From Blastocatellia bacterium (GTDB taxonomy: Bacteria; Acidobacteriota; Blastocatellia; UBA7656): DNA of 64,000 nucleotides. Below are positions 20,486 through 29,871 of this stretch, piece by piece; the stretch's first letter is position 1, and the number at the start of each line of letters is the position of its first letter. The translations under genes were made by a program, and so were the position numbers. The notes below the pieces were generated by a model. It did no database searches. It had not been told where the DNA came from and worked only from the letters and a program-made list of their open reading frames with translations. The stretch lies in assembly GCA_963765495.1 (NCBI GenBank), contig CAVXWP010000009.1:809240-873239 (forward strand), read 5' to 3'.

Positions 20486-21754
20486 CTATTTTATCTTGAT
20501 TACCGAGATTGTGAGGTCGTCTTCGGGGCCGCCCGCCTCCGATGAGAATTCCCGCACCGCGTTTACGACAGCCTGGCAGATTTCGTGTGCGCGGAGGCTG
20601 GCTGTTTCACGCACGACCCGTTCCAGCCCCTCGATCTCGAATGCCTCGTCGCGTTCGTTTGCGGCTTCGGTCACGCCGTCGGTGTAGAGCACGAGTATGT
20701 CGCCCGACTGGAAGTCTACGACCGATTCCGAGTAATGGGAGTCTTCAAATATGCCGAGCGGGAGGCCCCCGTCTTTAAGCAGCTTGCTTGTCGAGTCGGC
20801 GCGCAGGAGCAGGGGCGGATTGTGACCCGCGTTGATGTAGAGCAGTCGTCTGTTGTCCGGGTCTATCAACCCATAAAAAGTAGTGATATAGCGATCACCT
20901 GCCGTAGTCTCGTAGATCAGGCGATTCACCCGCGCCATCACAACTCGCATGGCCAGTTCGTTCATCACAGTGGCGTGAATGTATGCCCGGAAAGTGACCA
21001 TTATGAGCGCCGCCGCAAGCCCCTTGCCCGAAACATCCGATATCAATATGCCGAGTCTCTCCGAGACCGAATCTATAAAATCGAAATAATCGCCCCCGAC
21101 TTCGCGCACAGGAATCGTGGTGCCCGCGATGTCGAATCCTTTTATGAGTGGAAAGGCACGCGGCAGCAGGCTTTCGACCACCTTGCGCGCAAGCTCGATC
21201 TCGCTTTCGGCCCGCCTTTGCCGCATAACCTGACGATAAAGCATGGTGTGGTCGATTGCAGAAGCGGCCAGAGAAGCAAACATCGTGAGGAGTTCAAGGT
21301 CGCGCTCGTCATAGCAATTGATCCTGTCGGATTCCAGATTTATAGCGCCTATGACTTTACCGTCGGCCCGAATGATGGGGGCGGCGATCTCGGAAAGAGT
21401 TTCGGCGCGGGCCTTGACGTAGCGCTTGTCACGCTTTACATCGTTTACCACCTCTCCCGTGCCGTGCTCTATCACCCAGCGGATTATGCCGCTCGGAGAG
21501 GCGAGATAATCTTCGACTATGGCCGAGGGGGGATAGCCGCGAGCCTTCAATTCATAAACGGCCTCGGTCTTTGAATCCACGAGGCAGACGACCGCCGCCG
21601 AATACTCCATCAACTCTTCCAGAGAATCGAATATAGTTTCGGTCACTTCATCGATATCGGGCGAGGAACTGATTTTTCGCACCGCCTGAATGAGCGTTTC
21701 GATCCTCTTTTCGGTCACAGCCATCTGTGTAGTCTCAACTCTGCCTGCGGTCAT
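20486..21754 (-). CDS. GAF domain + PP2C-type serine phosphatase (RsbU/SpoIIE family)
   Basis: C-terminal PP2C motifs (GDYFDF, DVSGKG, LYTDGVTEA) and N-terminal GAF-like region. Confidence 0.8.
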   Translation of the reverse strand: MTAGRVETTQMAVTEKRIETLIQAVRKISSSPDIDEVTETIFDSLEELMEYSAAVVCLVDSKTEAVYELKARGYPPSAIVEDYLASPSGIIRWVIEHGTGEVVNDVKRDKRYVKARAETLSEIAAPIIRADGKVIGAINLESDRINCYDERDLELLTMFASLAASAIDHTMLYRQVMRQRRAESEIELARKVVESLLPRAFPLIKGFDIAGTTIPVREVGGDYFDFIDSVSERLGILISDVSGKGLAAALIMVTFRAYIHATVMNELAMRVVMARVNRLIYETTAGDRYITTFYGLIDPDNRRLLYINAGHNPPLLLRADSTSKLLKDGGLPLGIFEDSHYSESVVDFQSGDILVLYTDGVTEAANERDEAFEIEGLERVVRETASLRAHEICQAVVNAVREFSSEAGGPEDDLTISVIKIK

Positions 21755-21972
21755 AATCGCAAAACAAATATGCTAGATGCTTGCGCCCGTAATAGCAAGA
21801 GAAGACCTGCATGATTTTTGTCGGTGGTAATCTAATTTGCCTCTCGCTTGAAAAGGAGTATAATCGCCCTGAACGGGGTGTTAATTTTAAGAATAAAGTT
21901 TTAACCGTCTCAGCCCTGCTGATGTTGGAGACACAAGAGAAAATCCCGGCGGGCTTTGCAAGAGGAGGGCGT

Positions 21973-23058
21973 ATGAAATTCTATAGAATCAACCTGGCAG
22001 CACTGGCCATTCTCTTCGTGTTCTCGACCGCCTTCGGACAATCGCGCAAGCCAATCTCGCCCGAAGAGCAGAGCCAATACCTTGTCTCGATCAAGGCCGG
22101 CGCTATCAATTTTGCCGAAGGCGATGTCTCTTTCAAACGCGACGAAACCGGCTGGGGCACTCTGATTATGGGCGATGATCTGCGCGACGGCGATGTGGTG
22201 AAGACCGGCGCGGACGGCCACGTAGAGATATTGCTCAATCCCGGTTCTTATCTGAGGTTGAGCGAAAACACCGAACTCGTCTTCACAGACACGGCCCTTG
22301 ACGCCCTGAACCTTAAACTCGTCAGGGGCGCGGCCATCGTAGAGGCATCCGTGGTCGAAGAACCTATAGCGGTTGTGACCTCCGGCGCGGAATATTCCAT
22401 ACAGGAAAAAGGGCTTTATCGGATCAATGTGAATCAGGACGGAAGCTCCGAAATCTTTGTTCGCAATGGCAAGGTTATGGTGGCGGGCACAAAGGTCAAA
22501 AAAGGCAAGAAGGCTTTGATCGCCGGTTCCACGCCGGTCGTTACAAAGTTTGATAAGAAGGAAGAGACCACTTTTGACCTCTGGAGCAAGGACCGCGCCA
22601 GGACTCTGATAGCGGCAAACAAGCAGTTGTCGAATCGAAGGCTGAAATCGACTCTCGCAAACTCCAATGTCTTAGGCATGTGGCTGTACGATCCAGTGAT
22701 GGGTTTTTGCACATTCCTGCCCGGGTATGGTGGTTTTTCTTCACCATACGGATGGGGTTATTCCAGATATAATCCTTACTGGTACAACTACGGCTGGGGA
22801 TACAGCGGCGGATATTATAACGGCGGAAGCTCAAGCGGCGGACAAAATACTGGAACGGGCGGCGGAACCGCAAGCAATCCCGGAACCGGAACGGGCGGCG
22901 GACACAAAGGCGGACACAAAGGCGGCGGCGCGGCTGGCCCTCCGCGTCTGCCAAACCCCGGAAGAGGCAGAGATTTCGGCGGCGCTCCAAGCATTCCAAG
23001 AACCGAGATGCCTGCGCCAAGCTCGGGCGGCGGGAAAGGCCACAGACACGGTAACTGA
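21973..23058 (+). CDS. Secreted FecR-domain protein with Gly/Tyr/Trp-rich low-complexity C-terminal tail
   Basis: Signal peptide MKFYRINLAALAILFVFSTAFGQ; FecR-like block GDVVKTGADGHVEILLNPGSYLRLSENTELVF; tail with GWGY/GGHKGG repeats; RBS AGGAGGG. Confidence 0.65.
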   Translation: MKFYRINLAALAILFVFSTAFGQSRKPISPEEQSQYLVSIKAGAINFAEGDVSFKRDETGWGTLIMGDDLRDGDVVKTGADGHVEILLNPGSYLRLSENTELVFTDTALDALNLKLVRGAAIVEASVVEEPIAVVTSGAEYSIQEKGLYRINVNQDGSSEIFVRNGKVMVAGTKVKKGKKALIAGSTPVVTKFDKKEETTFDLWSKDRARTLIAANKQLSNRRLKSTLANSNVLGMWLYDPVMGFCTFLPGYGGFSSPYGWGYSRYNPYWYNYGWGYSGGYYNGGSSSGGQNTGTGGGTASNPGTGTGGGHKGGHKGGGAAGPPRLPNPGRGRDFGGAPSIPRTEMPAPSSGGGKGHRHGN

Positions 23059-23099
23059 GGCCGGTTGATACGGGATCGAATACAAGTTCGAATAAGATT

Positions 23100-23131
23100 A
23101 GGCGCTCTTCAAGGGGCGCCTTTCTTTTTTT
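23100..23131 (+). terminator. Rho-independent terminator (AGGCGC-tcttcaaggg-GCGCCT + TTCTTTTTTT)
   Basis: Hairpin plus long T-run just after the FecR-like gene. Confidence 0.75.
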
Positions 23132-23139
23132 CTGTCCGG

Positions 23140-24543
23140 CTCACCTGCTTTTAACCATCCGTAGCGAGAAGTCCCCTGCTCTTTAGGCGGGGGATGAATC
23201 GCGGCGGTACTAACTGAGATTTGGTACTGCTATGAACGTGTTTCGTGCTATAATGATGACGGCTCAAATCAGCACTTGCGATGCCAATCTGAGCCTCACC
23301 GATGCCGACTATAGGAGAGTCAACATGGCTGATGGAATCATAACACAAAGAGCCTACCGCTACAGAATCTATCCCTCTCACGCTCAAATCACACGACTTG
23401 AACAGACGCTTTCCTACTGTGCGGAGTTGTATAATGCGGGCCTTCAAGAAAGAAGAGACGCTTACCGGATAGCTCGAAAGTGTATCTCTTACAAAGAGCA
23501 GCAAAACCAGCTTCCAGAAATCAAAGCTGTTCGACCTGAGTGGAACACGGTGCATTCTCAGGTATTGCAGGATGTTCTCAAGCGACTTGATAAGGCTTTC
23601 GATGCGTTCTTTCGCAGAGTCAGAAGCAAGCAAGGCAAAGCCGGATTTCCGAGATTCCGCGCCCGCTCTCGCTATAATAGCTTCACCTATCCTCAGTCTG
23701 GATTTGCAATAGAGAATGGCAAGCTTAGACTTTCTAAAATCGGCCGCATCAAAATCAAACTCCATCGCCCGATTGAGGGTGCTATCAAAGGATTGACTAT
23801 CACGCGCAGTTCCACGGGCAAATGGTTTGCCTGCTTCACAGTAGAACAGGTAATCAATCCAGAGCCGCATAAGGGCAAGGCTGTAGGCGTGGATGTAGGT
23901 ATAAAGACCTACTGCACATTGTCTGACGGAACTGAGATTGATAACCCGAAGTTCTTTAGAGTGGAGGAAAAGAACCTTGCCAAAGCACAGCGCAAACTCT
24001 CTACCTTCAATAAAGGTTCTGATGAGTATCGGAAGCAGCGCAAGGTAGTAGCTCGCATTCATGAGCGAATCACAAATAAGCGAAAAGACTTCGCGCATCA
24101 ACTCTCTCATTACTTCGCTATTACTTATGCACTGATAATCTTTGAGAAGTTGAATATCAGAGGCATGGTGAAAAACCATTGCCTCGCCAAATCCATTCAG
24201 GATGCCAGTTGGAATCAGACTATTCAGTATACGACCTACAAGGCAGCATGGGCCGGGGGTATGTCGCTGAGAGTCAATCCAGCAGGCACAAGTAATACGA
24301 CTCACTGCTGCAAGGCGAAGGTTGATATTACGTTGGCAGATCGTGTAATCCATTGTCCTCAGTGTCATCGAACTATAGGCAGAGATGAAAATGCATCTCT
24401 GAATATTTTGAGTCTGGGATTACAGACTCTTGGCCTTAGCGCCATAGAAGCCGCTTCCTTTGGGTAGCGGAATAGTCACTCAACCGCAAATAGGGATAAA
24501 ATTGGCCTCGGAATGGAAACCGGAAGGCGGGTCCGGAACCTTT
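23140..24543 (+). mobile_element. IS200/IS605-family element of the single-ORF (IS1341-like, tnpB only) type; ends approximate
   Basis: Contains tnpB only, no tnpA; bounded by an upstream terminator and the start of the next gene; exact LE/RE not determined. Confidence 0.55.
23325..24467 (+). CDS. tnpB: TnpB (OrfB) RNA-guided endonuclease-like transposon protein, IS605 family
   Basis: N-terminus RAYRYRIYPSHAQITRLEQTLSYCAELYN (OrfB_IS605), RuvC-I GVDVGIKTYCTLSDG, C-terminal zinc ribbon CPQCHRTIGRDENASLNI; RBS AGGAGAG. Confidence 0.9.
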   Translation: MADGIITQRAYRYRIYPSHAQITRLEQTLSYCAELYNAGLQERRDAYRIARKCISYKEQQNQLPEIKAVRPEWNTVHSQVLQDVLKRLDKAFDAFFRRVRSKQGKAGFPRFRARSRYNSFTYPQSGFAIENGKLRLSKIGRIKIKLHRPIEGAIKGLTITRSSTGKWFACFTVEQVINPEPHKGKAVGVDVGIKTYCTLSDGTEIDNPKFFRVEEKNLAKAQRKLSTFNKGSDEYRKQRKVVARIHERITNKRKDFAHQLSHYFAITYALIIFEKLNIRGMVKNHCLAKSIQDASWNQTIQYTTYKAAWAGGMSLRVNPAGTSNTTHCCKAKVDITLADRVIHCPQCHRTIGRDENASLNILSLGLQTLGLSAIEAASFG

Positions 24544-25020
24544 ATGGCCTACATCGTAGACGGCAACAACGTAATGGGTCAAACGCCGGGCTGGCATCGC
24601 GACAAATCCGGGGCGCGCCGAGGGCTGCTTGAGCAACTGGCCGCTTTCGCGCATGTCAAAAAGGCTCGCGTAACGGCCGTATTTGACGGCGCTCCTGACG
24701 AGGGCGTGCCGGAGGGGTCTGCCTATCACGGCGTCAAAGTGCTTTACGCTAAGAGGGGATCGGATGCCGACACTCGAATCGAACAACTCGTAGAGTCGGC
24801 CCGTGATCGGCGCGGGCTGATCGTCGTCACATCGGATCGACGGCTTGCGCACGCGATTCGCTCGCTCGGCGCATCCGTCCTGCGGTCGGGAGAGTTCAGG
24901 AATTTGATCGAAGAGGTGATTGCCGGTCGCCCGCTCGCCGAAGACGGAGAGCAGTTCGATCTCGGAGATATGAATGAGTGGCTCAGATATTTCGGCGCTT
25001 CGCCCGAAGACGATGTGTGA
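24544..25020 (+). CDS. NYN/PIN-like domain protein, YacP (Rae1)-like
   Basis: MAYIVDGNNVMGQ N-terminus and about 158 aa length match YacP-like NYN proteins. Confidence 0.65.
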   Translation: MAYIVDGNNVMGQTPGWHRDKSGARRGLLEQLAAFAHVKKARVTAVFDGAPDEGVPEGSAYHGVKVLYAKRGSDADTRIEQLVESARDRRGLIVVTSDRRLAHAIRSLGASVLRSGEFRNLIEEVIAGRPLAEDGEQFDLGDMNEWLRYFGASPEDDV

Positions 25021-25023
25021 TGG

Positions 25024-25116
25024 GTGATATGTGATACGTGATACGTGATTCGTTGTCTTGATTGCCATCTCCGGTCACGCATCACGAATCACGTATCACT
25101 TACCCTGTATCACGAA
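25024..25116. repeat. Heptamer-repeat hairpin element: arms (GTGATAY)4 and TCACGCA-TCACGAA-TCACGTA-TCAC
   Basis: Inverted tandem heptamers starting at the stop codon of the NYN gene. Confidence 0.7.
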
Positions 25117-25129
25117 GGAGGTAATAGGC

Positions 25130-26791
25130 ATGGCTTACGAACGGCCTCGAGCTTACCGCGATGTAAGGGTAGGCGAATTGCTCACGCTGCTTGCGCGAGA
25201 CTACCCGCAGAACGAGGCGCTGATTTATCCCGACCGCGAGCTTAGATACGATTTCAGTCAGCTTGAATGGTTCGCCCGCCAGATAGCCAGAGGGCTGTTG
25301 AGCATCGGTGTAGAGCGGGGCGACCGCGTGGCCCTGTGGGCGCATAACATCCCGGAATGGGTCGTCTTGCAATTCGCCCTCGCAAAGATCGGAGCCATAC
25401 TCGTTACCGTAAATACCAGCCTCCGCGCTGCGGAAATCGAATACCTGCTCAGGCAATCGGAGACCAGCACGCTCATCACCGTGGCGGGCTTTCGCGATCT
25501 TGATTATGTAAAGACCATCTACGAGATCATCCCCGAATTGCGCGGGGCGAAAGAGGGCGCGCTCCATTCAATGAAGTTCCCCTATCTTCGCAACATAATT
25601 TATATCGGCGATGAGCATCCGGGTGGGATGCTCCGTTACGACTCTTTGCTCGACCGTTCGGGGCGGGTGAGCGATGATCAGCTAAACGCCCACTCGGATA
25701 TGCAGGACCTCGACGACGTGATAAACATGCAGTACACCTCGGGCACAACGGGCTTTCCAAAAGGGGTTATGCTGACGCATCGCAACATAGTAAACAACGG
25801 CTACTGGCTGGCCGAAGGGCTTGCGCTCACTTCAAGCGACAGGTTGTGCGTGCCCGTGCCTTTCTTTCATTGCTTCGGCTGTGTGATCGGAGTGCTGGGT
25901 GCTTACACTCACGCGGCTGCGATGATTCCGCTTGAATACTTCGACCCGTTGCGAGTGCTTCAATACGTGGAACGCGAAAGATGTACAGCCCTTTACGGGG
26001 TGCCGACCATGTTCATAGCCGAGCTTGAACAACTCGATTATCACTGTTTCGATATGTCGAGTTTGAGGACGGGCATAATGGCGGGCTCGCTGTGTCCCGA
26101 ATCGCTCATGCGAAAAGTGATGGAAAAGATGAACCTGACCGAGATGACCATCGCCTATGGATTGACCGAAGCCTCGCCCGGAATAACGCACACGCCGCGA
26201 GATGACAGCATCGAGTTGCGTACGCAGACCGTAGGCCGCGTGATGCCCGAAATGGAAGTCAAAATCATCGACCCGGCCACGGGCGAAGAATGCCTGCCCG
26301 GCAAATCCGGTGAGTTGTGCTGTCGCGGTTACAACGTGATGAAGGGGTATTACAACAACAAACAGGCCACAAGTGAGGCGATTGATGAAGAAGGATGGCT
26401 GCACACGGGCGATCAGGCCAGTATGGATGAGCGGGGGTATGTCAGGATCACCGGGCGTATAAAAGACCTGATAATTCGCGGCGGCGAAAACATCGCGCCA
26501 AAAGAGATTGAAGACCTGTTGCGCACGCATCCGAAGATCGCCGATGCCTATGTTTATGGTGTGCCCGATGAACGCTACGGCGAAGAGGTCGCCGTGGCTG
26601 TCCGCCTAAAGCCCGGCGAGACGGCAACCCCGGATGAAATCCGCGCATATTGCGAAGGCCGCATAGCCAAATTCAAATATCCGCGCCACATCCGTTTCGT
26701 CGAATCATTCCCCATGACGGCTTCTGGCAAGGTGCAGAAGTTCAAGCTGAGAGAAATGCATGCTCGGGGGCCGGGGGCCGGGGACCAGTAG
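25130..26791 (+). CDS. AMP-dependent synthetase/ligase (acyl-CoA synthetase family)
   Basis: [15 protein letters not shown]-binding motif, [13 protein letters not shown], and C-terminal lysine motif [10 protein letters not shown]; RBS GAAGGAGG. Confidence 0.9.
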   Translation: MAYERPRAYRDVRVGELLTLLARDYPQNEALIYPDRELRYDFSQLEWFARQIARGLLSIGVERGDRVALWAHNIPEWVVLQFALAKIGAILVTVNTSLRAAEIEYLLRQSETSTLITVAGFRDLDYVKTIYEIIPELRGAKEGALHSMKFPYLRNIIYIGDEHPGGMLRYDSLLDRSGRVSDDQLNAHSDMQDLDDVINMQYTSGTTGFPKGVMLTHRNIVNNGYWLAEGLALTSSDRLCVPVPFFHCFGCVIGVLGAYTHAAAMIPLEYFDPLRVLQYVERERCTALYGVPTMFIAELEQLDYHCFDMSSLRTGIMAGSLCPESLMRKVMEKMNLTEMTIAYGLTEASPGITHTPRDDSIELRTQTVGRVMPEMEVKIIDPATGEECLPGKSGELCCRGYNVMKGYYNNKQATSEAIDEEGWLHTGDQASMDERGYVRITGRIKDLIIRGGENIAPKEIEDLLRTHPKIADAYVYGVPDERYGEEVAVAVRLKPGETATPDEIRAYCEGRIAKFKYPRHIRFVESFPMTASGKVQKFKLREMHARGPGAGDQ

Positions 26792-26947
26792 GTGGGGGCC
26801 GGGAAGCATAAGATTACTTTTCGCTTGCTAACTCCAATAGCAAATCAGCAAGCGACATTATAAAGTACGCTTAGCCTTGATTGGTAAACCGGCCCCTGAT
26901 CCCCGGCCCCCGGCCCCTACCTTATGGCCCCTGACCCCCGGCCCCCA
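26766..26947. repeat. GGGGCC/GGCCCC-rich palindromic element: left arm GGGGGCCGGGGGCCGGGGA inside the 3' end of the synthetase ORF; right arms GGCCCCTGATCCCCGGCCCCCGGCCCC and GGCCCCTGACCCCCGGCCCCC; nested 8-bp hairpin CGCTTGCT/AGCAAGCG in the loop
   Basis: Read directly; same repeat family occurs in-frame at 47736-47902. Confidence 0.7.
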
Positions 26948-26949
26948 GT

Positions 26950-28488
26950 TCAGTGCTTGATCTTTTCCCAGTATGTCTGCAAATCGAAAGCGGGACTGGT
27001 CTCCGGCGTGTGGCACGCCGCACACGTGGATTTCATGTCGCTTATGTGGCCGTACCCTTTGGCAGGTTTTGCTATGTGCTCGCCTGCCGGGCCGTGGCAC
27101 GCCTCGCATTGTACGTGTTGAAGTTGAGGCAGATTGTTCTCGCTTATCAAAGTTCCTTTTTGCAGCCCGCTCGCGTGACAGTTCAGGCAACTCGGTTCAA
27201 ACTCCGCAGGCTTGAAGACGACAGGCCCCGTCGCCCGCGCGTGCAAAGTGTTTGCCCACTTTACATATTCCTGGGTGTGACACTGAGAACACGCCGAGGC
27301 TGAGGCATAGACATCTCCGTGCTCTGCGCTTTGGGGCGAATCCGCGGAATGTCTGCTTCGCTGCATTCTGGTGCTCGCCTGCCAGTCGAGCAATATCTTT
27401 TTTGATGTCTTTCTGAAATTGATTTCCGCCTCATTAGCCTGATTGATAGGCCCGACCGCGCCCGGCGCATCGGGTACCAGATCGTCGAGCACGATCTGAC
27501 GGTCTTTGATTGAAAATCTGCCCCGCTCGTCTCGGTAAAATCTAAGCTCGCCGAGCGCCCTGGTTTCATAAGGCGTAAAGGCTACGAGGGTCTGCCCCGC
27601 GTCATAGGAACGAGTGATTATATCGCCGTTGCCCGCTATGATGACATCGATGTCGGGGACCTGCCGGGCTATGTTGAGCGCCTCGGTCGTCGAGACGTGC
27701 GCGAGCGCCACAAGGAAATCAGATTTCTGTTTTGCCTCTGCTACAGACTTGCGGGCGGCTTCTACGGGGTCGATGATCTTGAGACCGCGCGGCGGTGCGG
27801 GCTGCGCGCCTGTAAGACCCAGAAAGGCCACCCGCAGAGGTTTCGTCAAAGATGATTCCTGGCTCTGGCGGACGGGGATTTCTCGAACGACGAACGGCTG
27901 AAGAAGGGCGCGGTCACCCGAATCGCTTGCGATGTTGGCCGACACGAGGCGGTTGAATATCGAATAAGTGTCGCTTGGATGAGCGGCATCTGTTTGTTTG
28001 AGCGCATCGGCTATATAGGCCAGGTCTTTCGCCGCTATGTTTACGGCGTCGAACCCGACCTGTTCATAGGCCTTGAGTATCATCTCGTTCATCACGGCAG
28101 CATCGGCCCGGAGATAGCCGTGAGTGTTGCGTCTGTCGGAGAGGAAGTTGCCGGTATCAACGACGAGCGCCGGTATCTTATCGAATTTTTCTCGGAATAC
28201 CTTAGTATAGCCGACACGCCGTGCCAGCCCCCCTACGCGGGGCCCCTTTCAACCACAGGTTCCGAGTTCGCCGTGAGTATCGCCTCCGAAATGAATGACG
28301 AAGGCGGCCCCGTCGTCCGCCCCGAGCCTTTCGGCAAGCGGCACACCCGTGGCGACGAGTTCGGTCTTACGCTCGGCAGGTTCCTGCGAGGCGCTTGTCT
28401 GCTGGAAGGGCAGGTAAGAGCATAAAAAGGCAGCGATCAGCGTGATAGCCGATAACTTGATGCGTTTGATTAGAGTTTTATGATGCAT
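26950..28488 (-). CDS. Secreted metallophosphatase/5'-nucleotidase-like domain fused to a tetraheme cytochrome c domain; reading frame contains one in-frame TGA (28249-28251)
   Basis: The two ORFs 28249-28575 and 26950-28095 are in the same frame, separated only by the TGA. Upstream part has a signal peptide and GDTHG motif; downstream part has four CxxCH motifs (CSQCH, CLNCH, CEACH, CAACH). Confidence 0.6.
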
Positions 28489-28780
28489 TGAGTTCAACCC
28501 GTTCGGTAAAAATCCTTTTGTTACGGTGAAAAAAGTCGAGTAAAAGACTCTAATTGATCCGGCATCGCTCCGCAAGCATTCGCGCCCGTCCCGGCCTGTT
28601 CCAATTTCTCTTGCTTACATTTTGGGAAACAGAACTATCCTGAGATGCTCTCAGTTTGTTTGCAACAACCCTGGAATTTGTATTGATCGGTTTGTTCTTT
28701 TGTAGTACGCTCCCGACAGATTTGGTGAAAGCCCCCGCTCGGCCCATTGGCCGGGTGGGGTTTTCTTTTTGGGGGAACGC

Positions 28781-29815
28781 ATGAATCAGGAAATTCTAAA
28801 TCAGTTCCTTGCTGTGGCCGTCAAGAATCGCGCCTCAGATGTGCACCTCCAGGTAGGCGAACATCCACTGCTGCGCATAAACGGTCTTTTGACCCAGGTA
28901 AAGTACCACCCGCTCACGTCCGATGATATGCGTTCCATAGTCTCTGCGCTCGCCGGGCGTGAGAGATTCGAAAGCGACTTTCACAGAAGGAATGAATTCG
29001 ACACCTCCTACGAAATCGCGGAAATCGGACGCTTTCGCGCAAATATCTTCAGACAGCGAGGCCATTACGGCGCGGTGCTGCGCGTAGTCCCGCTCGAAAT
29101 AAAGACTTGTGAAGAACTCCACCTGCCGCGCGTCTATGAAAAGATCGCGCACCTCAGTCGCGGGCTTGTGCTGGTTTCGGGCGCTACCGGGAACGGCAAA
29201 TCCACCAGCGTAGCCGCCATCGTCGAACACATAAATCGCTCGCGAAAGGCTCACATCGTGACCATCGAAGAGCCTATAGAATTTCTCTTCAAGAATAAGA
29301 AATCTGTCATCTCGCAAAGAGAAATAGGCACAGACACCGACAGCTTTGCAGACGCGCTGCGCTCGGCAATGCGCCAGGACCCGGATGTGATCTATGTAGG
29401 CGAAATCCGCGACCGGGAAACCATCGACATCGCGCTCAAGGCCGCTGAAATAGGGCATCTCGTGATCTCTACGATTCACACGCCCGACGCGCAACGGACC
29501 ATAGGGCGTTTGATCAGTTTCTTTCCCGCCGAAGAGCATATGGCCGTGCGCGAGCGGCTGGCTCAAAACCTGATGGCCATTACAAGCCTGCGGTTGCTGG
29601 CAAGCTGCAACGGCAGCGGGCGACTCCCCGCCGTAGAAGTCATGCTTGTCACGCGCAGCATCGAAGAGTGTATTCGCAACCCTGAAAAGACCGGAGAGAT
29701 TCAGCAGTATATTCAGAAAGGAACCGAGCTTGGCATGCAGAGCTTTGATCAACATCTGGTCGAGTTGTTGCAGCAAGGCAAGATTTCTATAGATACGGCT
29801 AAACTCGCCGGGTAG
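28781..29815 (+). CDS. pilT: Type IV pilus retraction ATPase PilT/PilU family
   Basis: Walker A GATGNGKSTS, Asp box and His box, about 345 aa. Confidence 0.85.
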   Translation: MNQEILNQFLAVAVKNRASDVHLQVGEHPLLRINGLLTQVKYHPLTSDDMRSIVSALAGRERFESDFHRRNEFDTSYEIAEIGRFRANIFRQRGHYGAVLRVVPLEIKTCEELHLPRVYEKIAHLSRGLVLVSGATGNGKSTSVAAIVEHINRSRKAHIVTIEEPIEFLFKNKKSVISQREIGTDTDSFADALRSAMRQDPDVIYVGEIRDRETIDIALKAAEIGHLVISTIHTPDAQRTIGRLISFFPAEEHMAVRERLAQNLMAITSLRLLASCNGSGRLPAVEVMLVTRSIEECIRNPEKTGEIQQYIQKGTELGMQSFDQHLVELLQQGKISIDTAKLAG

Positions 29816-29871
29816 TGCTAAGAAAGTAATGCTGGTGAAGACTAGCTCAAGGAACACTTTCCATCCAACCT

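Noticed and set aside
23151-24368. 405-aa ORF on the minus strand
   Set aside because: Entirely antisense to the well-supported tnpB gene, with no recognisable domains. Typical high-GC antisense artefact.
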